Source of the DNA: Candidatus Latescibacterota bacterium
Lineage (GTDB): Bacteria; Latescibacterota; UBA2968; UBA8231
Direction of reading: 5' to 3'
DNA: 64,000 nucleotides
NCBI GenBank assembly: GCA_965217585.1
Contig: OZ244561.1
Coordinates: forward strand, 3,744,001-3,808,000
Shown: positions 1 to 8,201 of the stretch, in pieces
How the letters are laid out: each line of letters begins with the position of its first letter
Numbering within the stretch: position 1 is the first letter of the stretch
Notes under the pieces: model-generated
The model's input: the letters and a program-made list of their open reading frames with translations, nothing else
Database searches by the model: none
Told to the model about the DNA's origin: nothing
Made by a program: the position numbers and the translations under genes

Positions 1-474
1 GATGGTGCGTTTGAAGGCCGCGAGCGCACCCGCAAAATCGCCCGTGGCGCGGCGCACTTCACCTAGATAGAAGTGATATTTGGCGCGCTCGGGCGCGCGG
101 GCGATGGCCTGCTCCAGATAGGTAGCTGCCTCTAGATAGCGGTGCTGGTCACGCAGCACCGCGGCGAGGGCAAAGTGAGCACGGGGCTGGTCGGGCGTCA
201 GGGCCAAGGCGCGTTTAAAGGCCGCAATGGCGTGCGCGGGTTGGTCGAGCCGAGCGTGGGCTAGTCCCTGCTGAAAATGGGCGGTGCTCGACGAGGAATC
301 GAGCGCCACGGCCTGCGCGAGTGCCGCTAGGGCGCGGGCGGGCCGATCCTGTTGCAAGAAGAGCGTACCGCGTTGGAGCAAGCGGTGGGCTTCTGCGGGG
401 CGCGCCGCATCTTGCGGATCGGGTTGGTCGGCGCAGGCGAGTGCGCCCAAAATCAGCAATAGGCGCGCGGTCAT
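1..474 (-). CDS. Tetratricopeptide-repeat protein, possible lipoprotein (3' end runs off the window)
   Basis: Manual translation from ATG at 474: MTARLLLILGALACADQP..., then TPR-like units (AHFQQGLAHARLDQPAHAIAAFKRALALTP; AHFALAAVLRDQHRYLEAATYLEQAIARAP). Starts 4 nt after the PPIase stop. Confidence 0.8.
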   Translation of the reverse strand, partial: MTARLLLILGALACADQPDPQDAARPAEAHRLLQRGTLFLQQDRPARALAALAQAVALDSSSSTAHFQQGLAHARLDQPAHAIAAFKRALALTPDQPRAHFALAAVLRDQHRYLEAATYLEQAIARAPERAKYHFYLGEVRRATGDFAGALAAFKRTI

Positions 475-477
475 CGC

Positions 478-2121
478 TCAGGTGCCTTGGACCAGCGAAT
501 CCGGCAGGGCGGCCTTGAGTGCTTGCTCGTCGATTTCGACCCGGCTCTGATAGCGCTGGCGCAGGTCTTGGACCAAGCTGGTGAAGGCCGCGTTTTCCCG
601 TTCGCGGCGCAGCAGCGCGTGGGCGCGGCGCTGGACCTGTTCGTACGGCTCGACCCTGCCGGGATTGCGCCCTTGGACGCGGAAAATGGAGTACCCGTCG
701 CGCACCCGAATCGGCCCGACGAGTTGGCCGGGTTCCGCCGCATAGATGGCCGGGACTAGGTGCGGATAGAGCTTCTCGTCGCGCGGGTGGAAGTGGAAGC
801 GCGCTCGCGACTGGACGGCTTGGGCGCGCACGCTGCGGTCGGCGAACTCGGCAAAACTCGCGCCAGCGGTGAGCTGGTTGCTGAGCCACTGGGCCTCGGC
901 CGGGCTGGACGCGAGCAGCTCTTCGACCTCGACGGACTCTTCGTGATAAAACATGTCGGGATGGCTGTCGTAGTATGCCCACACCTCGGCGTCAGATAGC
1001 ATTTCGACGGCAGCGAAGCGGTTGCGCACGGCGTTGAGCAGCGCGTCTTGGTAGGCCCTCGTGGCCAGCCGTTGGACATCCGGGTCGTCGTATAGGCCCT
1101 GTTCGCGGGCGGCGCGGCGCTGGAGGAGGGGCCGCAGCACCAGCCTGTCTAGCGCGGTGTGCGCGCGCGTGCTGTCTTTGAGGCTGCGCTGGGCATTGAG
1201 CCGCCGCAGGGCTTTATAAGCCGCAGCGACTGTGGCTTGACCCTCGGCAAAGGTGTAGAGTGGCGCAGCGCACGTGTCGAGCAGTGCGACGTCCTCGCGC
1301 TGAGCCGCGCTGAGCATGAGTTGTAGCCCGTCGCGGTCGAGGGCCGCACCCACCGCGGCGCTGAGCGACTCAAAGTGCTCGGCCTCAATTTGGGATAGGC
1401 GCTCGCTGAATAGCTGTTCTTCGATGAGGGGCCGGTAGCGCTCGTAGGGCGTGTCGCGGTCTTCGGTGAAGCGGACGATGTGCCAACTGCGGCCGGCGTG
1501 CAACGGGGCAGATATTTCTCCCAAGGGCAGCGTATTGAAAACCTCGGCCGGGATGTGCAGACTGGGCGCGGCCTCGCGGCCAATAAAACCCAACTCGCCG
1601 CCTTGTTCAGCCGAGCGCTTGTCGAGCGAGTGCGCGTGGGCCACCTCGGCAAAGGGCTGGCCGGCATTGAGCGCGGCTACGGCCGCTTCGATCTCGGCGC
1701 GGGTGTGGACCAAGATTGCGTTGAGCTTGCGCTCGCGGTGGTAGCCCTCTGCGGCAAAGACGCGCCGCACATCCTCTTCGGGCACTTGTATCTGAGCGGT
1801 TATGTTGCGCGCCCGATAGAGGGCGATGACTCGCGCATCCACGGCCTCATCGACGGCGCGTTGTACCGATTGCAGCGTATCCAGCCCGTGGGCGAGGGCC
1901 TCTTTGAGGATTAGTTGGCGGTCGATGAGCGATTGCACGTATTGACGCCGGGCCGCGTCGCCGCCTTCGGGATGGTGCAAGCCTGGGGGCAGCTTTTCGA
2001 CAAAGGCCCGCAGGCTCTCCGCCGAGATGGGTACGTCATCGACCCGCGCCACGGACGAGTTTGTTTCCTGAGAGCAGTTCGCGAGGGCGAAGACGATAGC
2101 GAGGATGTATAGAGGTCGCAT
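478..2121 (-). CDS. Parvulin-type peptidyl-prolyl isomerase, SurA/PrsA-like lipoprotein with two rotamase domains
   Basis: Likely start MRPLYILAIVFALANC (lipobox-like) after AAGGA; parvulin motif FAEVAHAHSLDKRSAEQGGELGF and a second domain ending GPIRVRDGYSIFRV. Confidence 0.85.
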   Translation of the reverse strand: MRPLYILAIVFALANCSQETNSSVARVDDVPISAESLRAFVEKLPPGLHHPEGGDAARRQYVQSLIDRQLILKEALAHGLDTLQSVQRAVDEAVDARVIALYRARNITAQIQVPEEDVRRVFAAEGYHRERKLNAILVHTRAEIEAAVAALNAGQPFAEVAHAHSLDKRSAEQGGELGFIGREAAPSLHIPAEVFNTLPLGEISAPLHAGRSWHIVRFTEDRDTPYERYRPLIEEQLFSERLSQIEAEHFESLSAAVGAALDRDGLQLMLSAAQREDVALLDTCAAPLYTFAEGQATVAAAYKALRRLNAQRSLKDSTRAHTALDRLVLRPLLQRRAAREQGLYDDPDVQRLATRAYQDALLNAVRNRFAAVEMLSDAEVWAYYDSHPDMFYHEESVEVEELLASSPAEAQWLSNQLTAGASFAEFADRSVRAQAVQSRARFHFHPRDEKLYPHLVPAIYAAEPGQLVGPIRVRDGYSIFRVQGRNPGRVEPYEQVQRRAHALLRRERENAAFTSLVQDLRQRYQSRVEIDEQALKAALPDSLVQGT

Positions 2122-2135
2122 AGAGATTCTTTCCT

Positions 2136-4088
2136 TTAATATACAGGTGTTCGATTGCCGACCATGCCGGTAAAGCCATCCACCACCAGCCACAGGCCAG
2201 CGGCGACGAACTGGCCGAGTACGACTCCGACGAAAAAGGGGCGGGTGAGGAGGTAGGTGCGGGGGCCGCCGTATTTGAGGACGGTGATCTTGATGAGCCA
2301 AGCGAGAAAGATCGAAAACCAGATGCTGTTCATTACCCAGCCGGTGCTCACCGCAAAGCCAAGTGGGTGAAAGGGCCACCAGACGAAGAAGTGGCGGGCG
2401 GTCATCAAGCCGCCCATGATCAGGGCACCGAAACTCGTCCACAGCCACCCGGCGAGGCTCGGTCCCGTGGGATTGGCGAGTTTTTGCGCGGCAAAGTCCG
2501 AGGGGTATGCGGCAAAGCCCGTGAAGTACTGGGGATGCAGGTTGAGCGCGCCGTCGCGATACGCGAGGTAGAGCATGAACCAGCAGGAGACCACGAGGCT
2601 GATGAGCATGGCCGCGACAATGGCCCAAAAGAGCAGGCGGCGAGTACCGTTAATCGCGCTGCCCAAGCGCAGGCTGTTGGCGAGGGGTGCGGTCATAAAG
2701 ACCAGCAGGTCACCAGTCCAGACGAAGGTGTAGCCCGTGGCGACCATGCCCTGCGCGCCGAGGGCCGGGACGCCAACGCCGGAGACGACAAAGCCGGCCG
2801 GAACCATTTCTGGGGTTACGGTGGGCATGCCTGCTTCGGCGATGACGCGCGCTAGGCCGATGAATATGACCAGCGACGAAAAGAGGAAGAAGGGCACGAT
2901 CCAAGCCGGGATTCCGCTCTTCCACAGCCAGAAGCCCATGGTGCAGACGCCACCGACGAAGAGCCAAAACGCGGCCCGATAGGAGAGGATCTCCTGCGAG
3001 TCGTCGATCCGGTCGTCGCCCCACAGGGCCTTGCGCAGGACGTTTTTGAGGTGGGGCCGCGCCGTCCACAGCCCATAGAACACCAAGATAATGATCGCGC
3101 CCATCATTTGATGCCCCATGATCGCGCCCACCGGCCCAGACCCGGTCCAAGGCCCTAGCTCCTCGGGGCTGAAGATGCCGATGTACCTGAAGATGCTTTC
3201 TTGTATTACGTGGAGCAGGTAGAAAAACCACAGGCTGAAGGCGATATTGGAGTTGATGAAGTACGCAAAGCCGAACATCAGGAAGTTGATGCGGATGTTG
3301 AGCGAGGCCGTGCGGTTAAAAAGCTCGACGCTGGTCTGGAGGGCGAGGGAGGGGACGAAGTTGAAGTAGTGGTGCAGAGCGTTGGTGCTGTTGAACAAGA
3401 AGGGCAACAGCAAGCCGCACCACATGATGGGGTTGCGAAAAAAGGGTTTGAGGCTTTTTTGCTCGCCGTCATCGTCGTCTTGGATCATGGCGAGGGGGAC
3501 TTGGGCCAGCGGAAAAACGAGTCGCTCGTTGTCAACCCACTGGCGGCGCAAGATGGATATGGCCGCGATAATGGCTGCGTAAAACCCCGCGTAGAATGCA
3601 AACCAGCGCCCGAGCGGCTTGAGCCAGACATCGTAGGGAATGGCCGAGCCTTTGGTGCCCTCGTAAAATGCCTTTACCGCGGCTGGATCGTACACCACCA
3701 TCCAATCCGAGAGAAACGGGTGGACTAAGTCGGCCCATTGGTTTTCAGGAGTGGCGTAGTAGAAGGTGCCGGTGATCATGGGCAGCAGCATCCCCACCAC
3801 GCCGCGCGTGGGGATGGCCGTGGCGACGGCCATCATGGCGAAGATGACGACCAACTCGCCGCGCCGAAAACCCCAGCGTCCCAAGGCAATTTGGAGGGTC
3901 AGGAGCAGAACGAACAGCAGGAAAAACGCCGCCGGTGTGGCCGAACTCAACCCGAGGCGCGAGCCTTGCACGACCATGCTACCGTAGGGAATACCGACGG
4001 CAATGACCAAGCTCAGCGCGGCGCCGACGAGGATGCTCCGGCCCGTAATGGCGGCTGGCGCATTGTCCGATCGGTCGATTTCAGCCAT
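2136..4088 (-). CDS. DUF6785/DUF6784-type polytopic membrane protein (putative permease)
   Basis: 650 aa, many TM helices; motifs YYATPENQW, RRQWVDNERLVFPL, WWPFHPLGF, KYGG; paralogous to 23326..25302 and 49778..51697. Confidence 0.8.
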   Translation of the reverse strand: MAEIDRSDNAPAAITGRSILVGAALSLVIAVGIPYGSMVVQGSRLGLSSATPAAFFLLFVLLLTLQIALGRWGFRRGELVVIFAMMAVATAIPTRGVVGMLLPMITGTFYYATPENQWADLVHPFLSDWMVVYDPAAVKAFYEGTKGSAIPYDVWLKPLGRWFAFYAGFYAAIIAAISILRRQWVDNERLVFPLAQVPLAMIQDDDDGEQKSLKPFFRNPIMWCGLLLPFLFNSTNALHHYFNFVPSLALQTSVELFNRTASLNIRINFLMFGFAYFINSNIAFSLWFFYLLHVIQESIFRYIGIFSPEELGPWTGSGPVGAIMGHQMMGAIIILVFYGLWTARPHLKNVLRKALWGDDRIDDSQEILSYRAAFWLFVGGVCTMGFWLWKSGIPAWIVPFFLFSSLVIFIGLARVIAEAGMPTVTPEMVPAGFVVSGVGVPALGAQGMVATGYTFVWTGDLLVFMTAPLANSLRLGSAINGTRRLLFWAIVAAMLISLVVSCWFMLYLAYRDGALNLHPQYFTGFAAYPSDFAAQKLANPTGPSLAGWLWTSFGALIMGGLMTARHFFVWWPFHPLGFAVSTGWVMNSIWFSIFLAWLIKITVLKYGGPRTYLLTRPFFVGVVLGQFVAAGLWLVVDGFTGMVGNRTPVY

Positions 4089-4098
4089 GTTTTTTTAG

Positions 4099-5646
4099 GT
4101 GTTGATGGACGCGCAAAACAAAGTAAAAACGACAAATAGGGCAAAAGGCCGGGCCGTTGCCCTACTGATTGGTTTGTCGCTCGTCGTGCTCTTTGAGGCG
4201 GCCTTGTGGCTGATGGACGTCGGCCCAGACGACGCTCTTTTCGCGGCTACCGGCTCGTCCTACCGCATCAATCCGCAGGCCGCGCGGCGCTTCTTCCCCC
4301 GCCAATACGTGCGCTTGGCCCCGGGGCAAGATCGCTTTGCCCGCGACAAAGACGCGCGTGCGTTTCGCGTGTTCGCGCTGGGGGCTTCGACCCTACTCGG
4401 CTTCCCCAACCCCGCCTATACCTCGTTTCCCAACTTCTTGCAACAGATGCTCGCCGATGCGTATCCAGCACGCGAGATCGAGGTCGTCAACTGCGGCGTC
4501 ACCGCCATCAATTCTTTCGTCTTGCGCGAATTTGTCGAGGAGGTGGCCGAGCACGAGCCGGATTTGGTCGTGATCTATGCCGGCCACAACGAATTCGTGG
4601 GACCGTACGGGGCCGCGACTCCGTTTGCGCGCCTGAGCGGCAACAGGTCCTTCATACGGTTGCAGATACTTTTGCAGCGGGCGAAGACCTACTACTTGCT
4701 CGAAAATCTGCTGCACTACGCCGCGGCCGCGCTGCGCCCCGCCGCACCCGCCGAGTCCTTCGGCGTGCACTTGGTGCAGCGCGAGATCTACTTGGAGGAC
4801 GAAGCGCATCGGCAGACCGAGGCCCATTACCAGCGCAATATGGCCGAGGTGATCGAAGTGCTGCGCGAGCGCGAGGTACCGGTCGCGCTCTGTACGCTGG
4901 TTTCCAATTTGACCGGATTCTATCCCCTGCGCTCGCAGGGGCCGGTCCCGCCGCCGGACGCGGTGCCCGCGGATTATCCACAGCACGCGGCCCTGCACTT
5001 TGCCGCGGGCTTGGCGCACCAAGCGGCCAGGGATTCCGCGCAGGCACTAGCCGCGTTGGTGCGCGCTCGCGATTTGGACGGCATTCACCTGCGGGCCTGC
5101 TCGCCCTTCAACCGCGCCATTCGCGCCTTGGCCGCTGAATCTGGGGCGATCTTGATCGACGTGGAGCAGGCGTTTGCTACCCATGCTCCGGCCGGTTTGG
5201 TCGGCGACGAGCTAATCACCGAGTATTTGCACCCCACGGTCTGGGGCCACTACCTGATCGCGCAGACCATAATGACGACTCTCTTTGCGCGGGCGGATGT
5301 GCTGGGTTTGGCAGGGGGGCGGGCGGATGCTTTGGACGACTTTGACGGCTATTGCCGTGGCTTGGGCTACGGAGTCCGCGAGCGCGTCTTAGCGCGCAAC
5401 GACCTAATCCTGCTGCTGAAGAACATGCCGTACGCCGAGCGGCCGCCAATCTTAGAGCAGCGACTCGCGCACCTAGTGGGCGAGCAGCTAGCCGACCTGC
5501 CCAAGCTGAGTTACGCGCAGATTGCGGATTTTGCCCGCCGCCGTGGCGTGGTCTTCTTGGCGGCCATCATCGCCGATCTTGAAGATCCCCAGCCGTTGGC
5601 GGACGCGCTGGACGAGTTGGTTGGGCCGTTGGGGTTAGCCCCCTAG
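4099..5646 (+). CDS. Membrane-anchored SGNH/GDSL hydrolase family protein
   Basis: N-terminal TM; blocks FALGAST, EVVNCG, YAGHNE, EYLHPT. Confidence 0.75.
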   Translation: MLMDAQNKVKTTNRAKGRAVALLIGLSLVVLFEAALWLMDVGPDDALFAATGSSYRINPQAARRFFPRQYVRLAPGQDRFARDKDARAFRVFALGASTLLGFPNPAYTSFPNFLQQMLADAYPAREIEVVNCGVTAINSFVLREFVEEVAEHEPDLVVIYAGHNEFVGPYGAATPFARLSGNRSFIRLQILLQRAKTYYLLENLLHYAAAALRPAAPAESFGVHLVQREIYLEDEAHRQTEAHYQRNMAEVIEVLREREVPVALCTLVSNLTGFYPLRSQGPVPPPDAVPADYPQHAALHFAAGLAHQAARDSAQALAALVRARDLDGIHLRACSPFNRAIRALAAESGAILIDVEQAFATHAPAGLVGDELITEYLHPTVWGHYLIAQTIMTTLFARADVLGLAGGRADALDDFDGYCRGLGYGVRERVLARNDLILLLKNMPYAERPPILEQRLAHLVGEQLADLPKLSYAQIADFARRRGVVFLAAIIADLEDPQPLADALDELVGPLGLAP

Positions 5647-6653
5647 TCGAGCAGGGCTTCTCCGTAGGCGAAGAGAAGCGGCGTGCCGCCGGTGTGGACG
5701 AAGACGACGTTTTTGCTATCTCGAAAACGCCCTTGGCGCACCTGATCAATTAGGCAGGCCAATCCCTTGCCCGAATAGGTGGGATCGACGAAGATGCCCT
5801 CGCTCTGGGCGAGGAGGCGGATGCTGTCGAGCGTGGCGCGGTCCAAATGGCCGAAGCCCGGGCCGACGTACTCATCGGTCACGGCGATGCGCTCTGGGTC
5901 GGGCGCGCATTCGAGGCCGAGGTGGGCTGCGGCTTCCGCGGCGGATTGGGCGATGCGCTCAGAGACTCCTTCGCGCTGGCTCAGCTTGCTCTGGGGGGTG
6001 CCGAGGAAGCGGGCCGACCGTTCCAAGAGGGAAAATCCGGCTACCAGCCCGGCCAAGCTGGTTCCTCCTGACCCGACTACCACGTCGTCGGCTTGGATGC
6101 CTGCGGCGCGCAGTTGGGTTTCGATTTCCAACGCACATTGGATGTAGGCAACGCGCGACAACAGCCCGGACAGGCCGGTGAACGGCTTGTGTCCTTCTGC
6201 CTTGAGTCGCTCCACTTCTTCGGCTATGGCTGCGCCGATGCCCTCGGGCGGAGCAAAGCGGATGCGCGCCCCACATAACTGGCCTAAAAGGTAGTTGCCC
6301 TGGGCCGGCGACTTGCGCCCCATGATGGAATCGTTCTCGCGCAGGACGACGACGCCCTTGAGGCCGAGCTGGGCGCAAGCTGCGGCGAATTGGCGGCAGT
6401 GATTGGACTGGACGACCGCGCTCAGCACGGCCGCATCGCATCCTTGGGCCGTGCCCTCGGCGAGAGTGAATTCGAGGTAGCGAGACTTGTTGCCGCCAAA
6501 GGCGAGGCCGGTCAGATCGTCGCGCTTGATCCAGATCTGCGGCCCCCCGAGCGCGGCCGACAGTCGCGGACAATGCTGTAAGGGCGTTGGCAAATGCGTC
6601 AGGCGGTGGCGAGGCTGCGCGTCGATGGCGCGTTGGATCGCTTGGAGGTCCAT
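5643..6653 (-). CDS. PLP-dependent D-cysteine desulfhydrase / ACC deaminase family protein
   Basis: KRDDLTGLAFGGNKSRYLEF, QSNHCR, DPTYSGKG, VHTGG; start taken at MDLQAIQ (6653). Confidence 0.85.
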   Translation of the reverse strand: MDLQAIQRAIDAQPRHRLTHLPTPLQHCPRLSAALGGPQIWIKRDDLTGLAFGGNKSRYLEFTLAEGTAQGCDAAVLSAVVQSNHCRQFAAACAQLGLKGVVVLRENDSIMGRKSPAQGNYLLGQLCGARIRFAPPEGIGAAIAEEVERLKAEGHKPFTGLSGLLSRVAYIQCALEIETQLRAAGIQADDVVVGSGGTSLAGLVAGFSLLERSARFLGTPQSKLSQREGVSERIAQSAAEAAAHLGLECAPDPERIAVTDEYVGPGFGHLDRATLDSIRLLAQSEGIFVDPTYSGKGLACLIDQVRQGRFRDSKNVVFVHTGGTPLLFAYGEALLD

Positions 6654-6703
6654 ATCGTTAGCTCCGTGCGGCCCCAGCCGCTTCGCTCTGAGGCCGGAAA
6701 GCG

Positions 6704-7873
6704 CTACGCCCACAGATGGCGGTGGGTACCGATCCATTCGAGGTGGGCGCGGCGGATGAGTCCGTAGTTGTAGAAGGCGTAGCCATTGACGCCCGCTTGG
6801 CTCAGCGCGGTTAGATGCGCGCCGAGCGCGTCGCCGTCGGCGAATGATCCAGGGGAGACGATGGCACTCAGGCCGGTGTTGGCCGGGAATTCGCCGCGCA
6901 GAGAGCGGACGCTAGCGGCTAGCGCGTCCGGCTCGCCGCCCACGCCGGCGTTGACCATGTACACGTTGCGGAGGACGCGATCCGAGTCCAGCCCGTTGAC
7001 GGTCCGGTCGCGGCCCCCGAAGAATGAGGCGCGCGCGCCGGCTTGGTTGGCGATGGCAACGGCTTCCTCCATCAGTGAAGTTGCCGTTTCGACGCGGGCG
7101 TCGAGAAAGGTCTGCAAGCGGCCGGAAAAGGCGGTGGCGAGGCATTCGGCGCTCGGGGGCTGCATGTCCGGGGCAGGCTCAGCAGCGAGTTCGCGGGTGA
7201 GGAATTCGGCGACATCTGTGCGAAAGCCCTCCCCGTCCAAGCCGAGGGCACCAGCCCGCTGCAAGCAGTGCTGACAGTAGCACAATCCCATCAGCAGTTC
7301 GCAAAAGGGCGTGATCTTTACGCCGACCTTGGGATTGCGGAACCCGTAGCTGAAGTGCAGGTAGCCCAGCGATTCGAGGTGGAACTCGTCGGGCTGGAAC
7401 TGCGCGGCTATATCGCGGCAGAGAGCGCGAGCGTAGTCGCGCACCAAGGGGCTAGCCGGGCATAGCTGGGCGAAGTTGATGTGCCCAAAGGGATCGCGCT
7501 TGGCCGCGTCTGGATAGCGCTGGGGCAGGTAATGGTTGTAGTTGAAGACCAGCCAACTCGTCAGGTCGAGGCCGCGCTCCCGGATTTTATCTGCGATTCG
7601 GCGCATGTAATCCGGGCCATCGACGACGTTGCTGATCAGGGGCGCGATTGGGCTTTCGTCGTAAAAGGCGGCGGACGGCTCGAAGTAGAGCGCGCCTTCT
7701 TCCCCCCAGTAGAGGGGTCGCCGGGGATTGTGCGGCAAAAAGTACGTCGATACGTGGTAGCTCTGGGCTAGGCTGACGCTGTTGAGGCCGGCTGTGTGGG
7801 CGATGGTGTCTAGGGCCGGGTCAATGTCTTCGTCCGTCAAGTCCCAGGGGTACGTGTATATGGTCGCTCGCAT
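6704..7873 (-). CDS. Hypothetical TIM-barrel glycoside-hydrolase-like protein
   Basis: 389 aa with RBS AAGGAG; YTYPWD, LCPASP, FHLES, YAFYNYG resemble GH-like barrels. Confidence 0.55.
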   Translation of the reverse strand: MRATIYTYPWDLTDEDIDPALDTIAHTAGLNSVSLAQSYHVSTYFLPHNPRRPLYWGEEGALYFEPSAAFYDESPIAPLISNVVDGPDYMRRIADKIRERGLDLTSWLVFNYNHYLPQRYPDAAKRDPFGHINFAQLCPASPLVRDYARALCRDIAAQFQPDEFHLESLGYLHFSYGFRNPKVGVKITPFCELLMGLCYCQHCLQRAGALGLDGEGFRTDVAEFLTRELAAEPAPDMQPPSAECLATAFSGRLQTFLDARVETATSLMEEAVAIANQAGARASFFGGRDRTVNGLDSDRVLRNVYMVNAGVGGEPDALAASVRSLRGEFPANTGLSAIVSPGSFADGDALGAHLTALSQAGVNGYAFYNYGLIRRAHLEWIGTHRHLWA

Positions 7874-8201
7874 GGGTGTGGTCTCCTTGTTTTGTAATCG
7901 TCTTTCCCGAGGAACTCATGGTTGAAATCGACTAGGCGCAAGCGACATCTAGGCTCGCAGGATATGCGACACTGGTTGAGCGATACGACCTCGACCTTCG
8001 CGTAACAAAATTTTTTGCGCGAACTCACATTGATTTAGGATCGCTATATGAGTATGAAATTAGCATTTTTTTATTGAACTCTAGCTAAAAAGTTAGCATA
8101 CTGTTAAGACTGATAAAACGGTTTATGTAAAGACTATACATCCGACATGGGGATTGTTCACGTAATGTTCTGATAACTGCCTGCTGCCCTCTCCAAGGAA
8201 G
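7874..8201. promoter_or_regulatory. AT-rich divergent promoter region with an imperfect inverted repeat (TTCGCGTAACAAAA/TTTTTTGCGCGAA, about 7997-8023)
   Basis: Sharp drop in GC between divergently transcribed genes; inverted repeat read directly. Confidence 0.5.

Noticed and set aside
1-2000. Apparent excess of CTAG as a methylation-driven mutational signature
   Set aside because: A hand count gave 6 in the first 2 kb, about what base composition predicts; a genome-wide k-mer analysis would be needed.
2122-2628. N-terminal extension of the 716-aa ORF 478..2628
   Set aside because: It overlaps the DUF6785 gene in another frame; an RBS and lipoprotein leader mark the real start at 2121.
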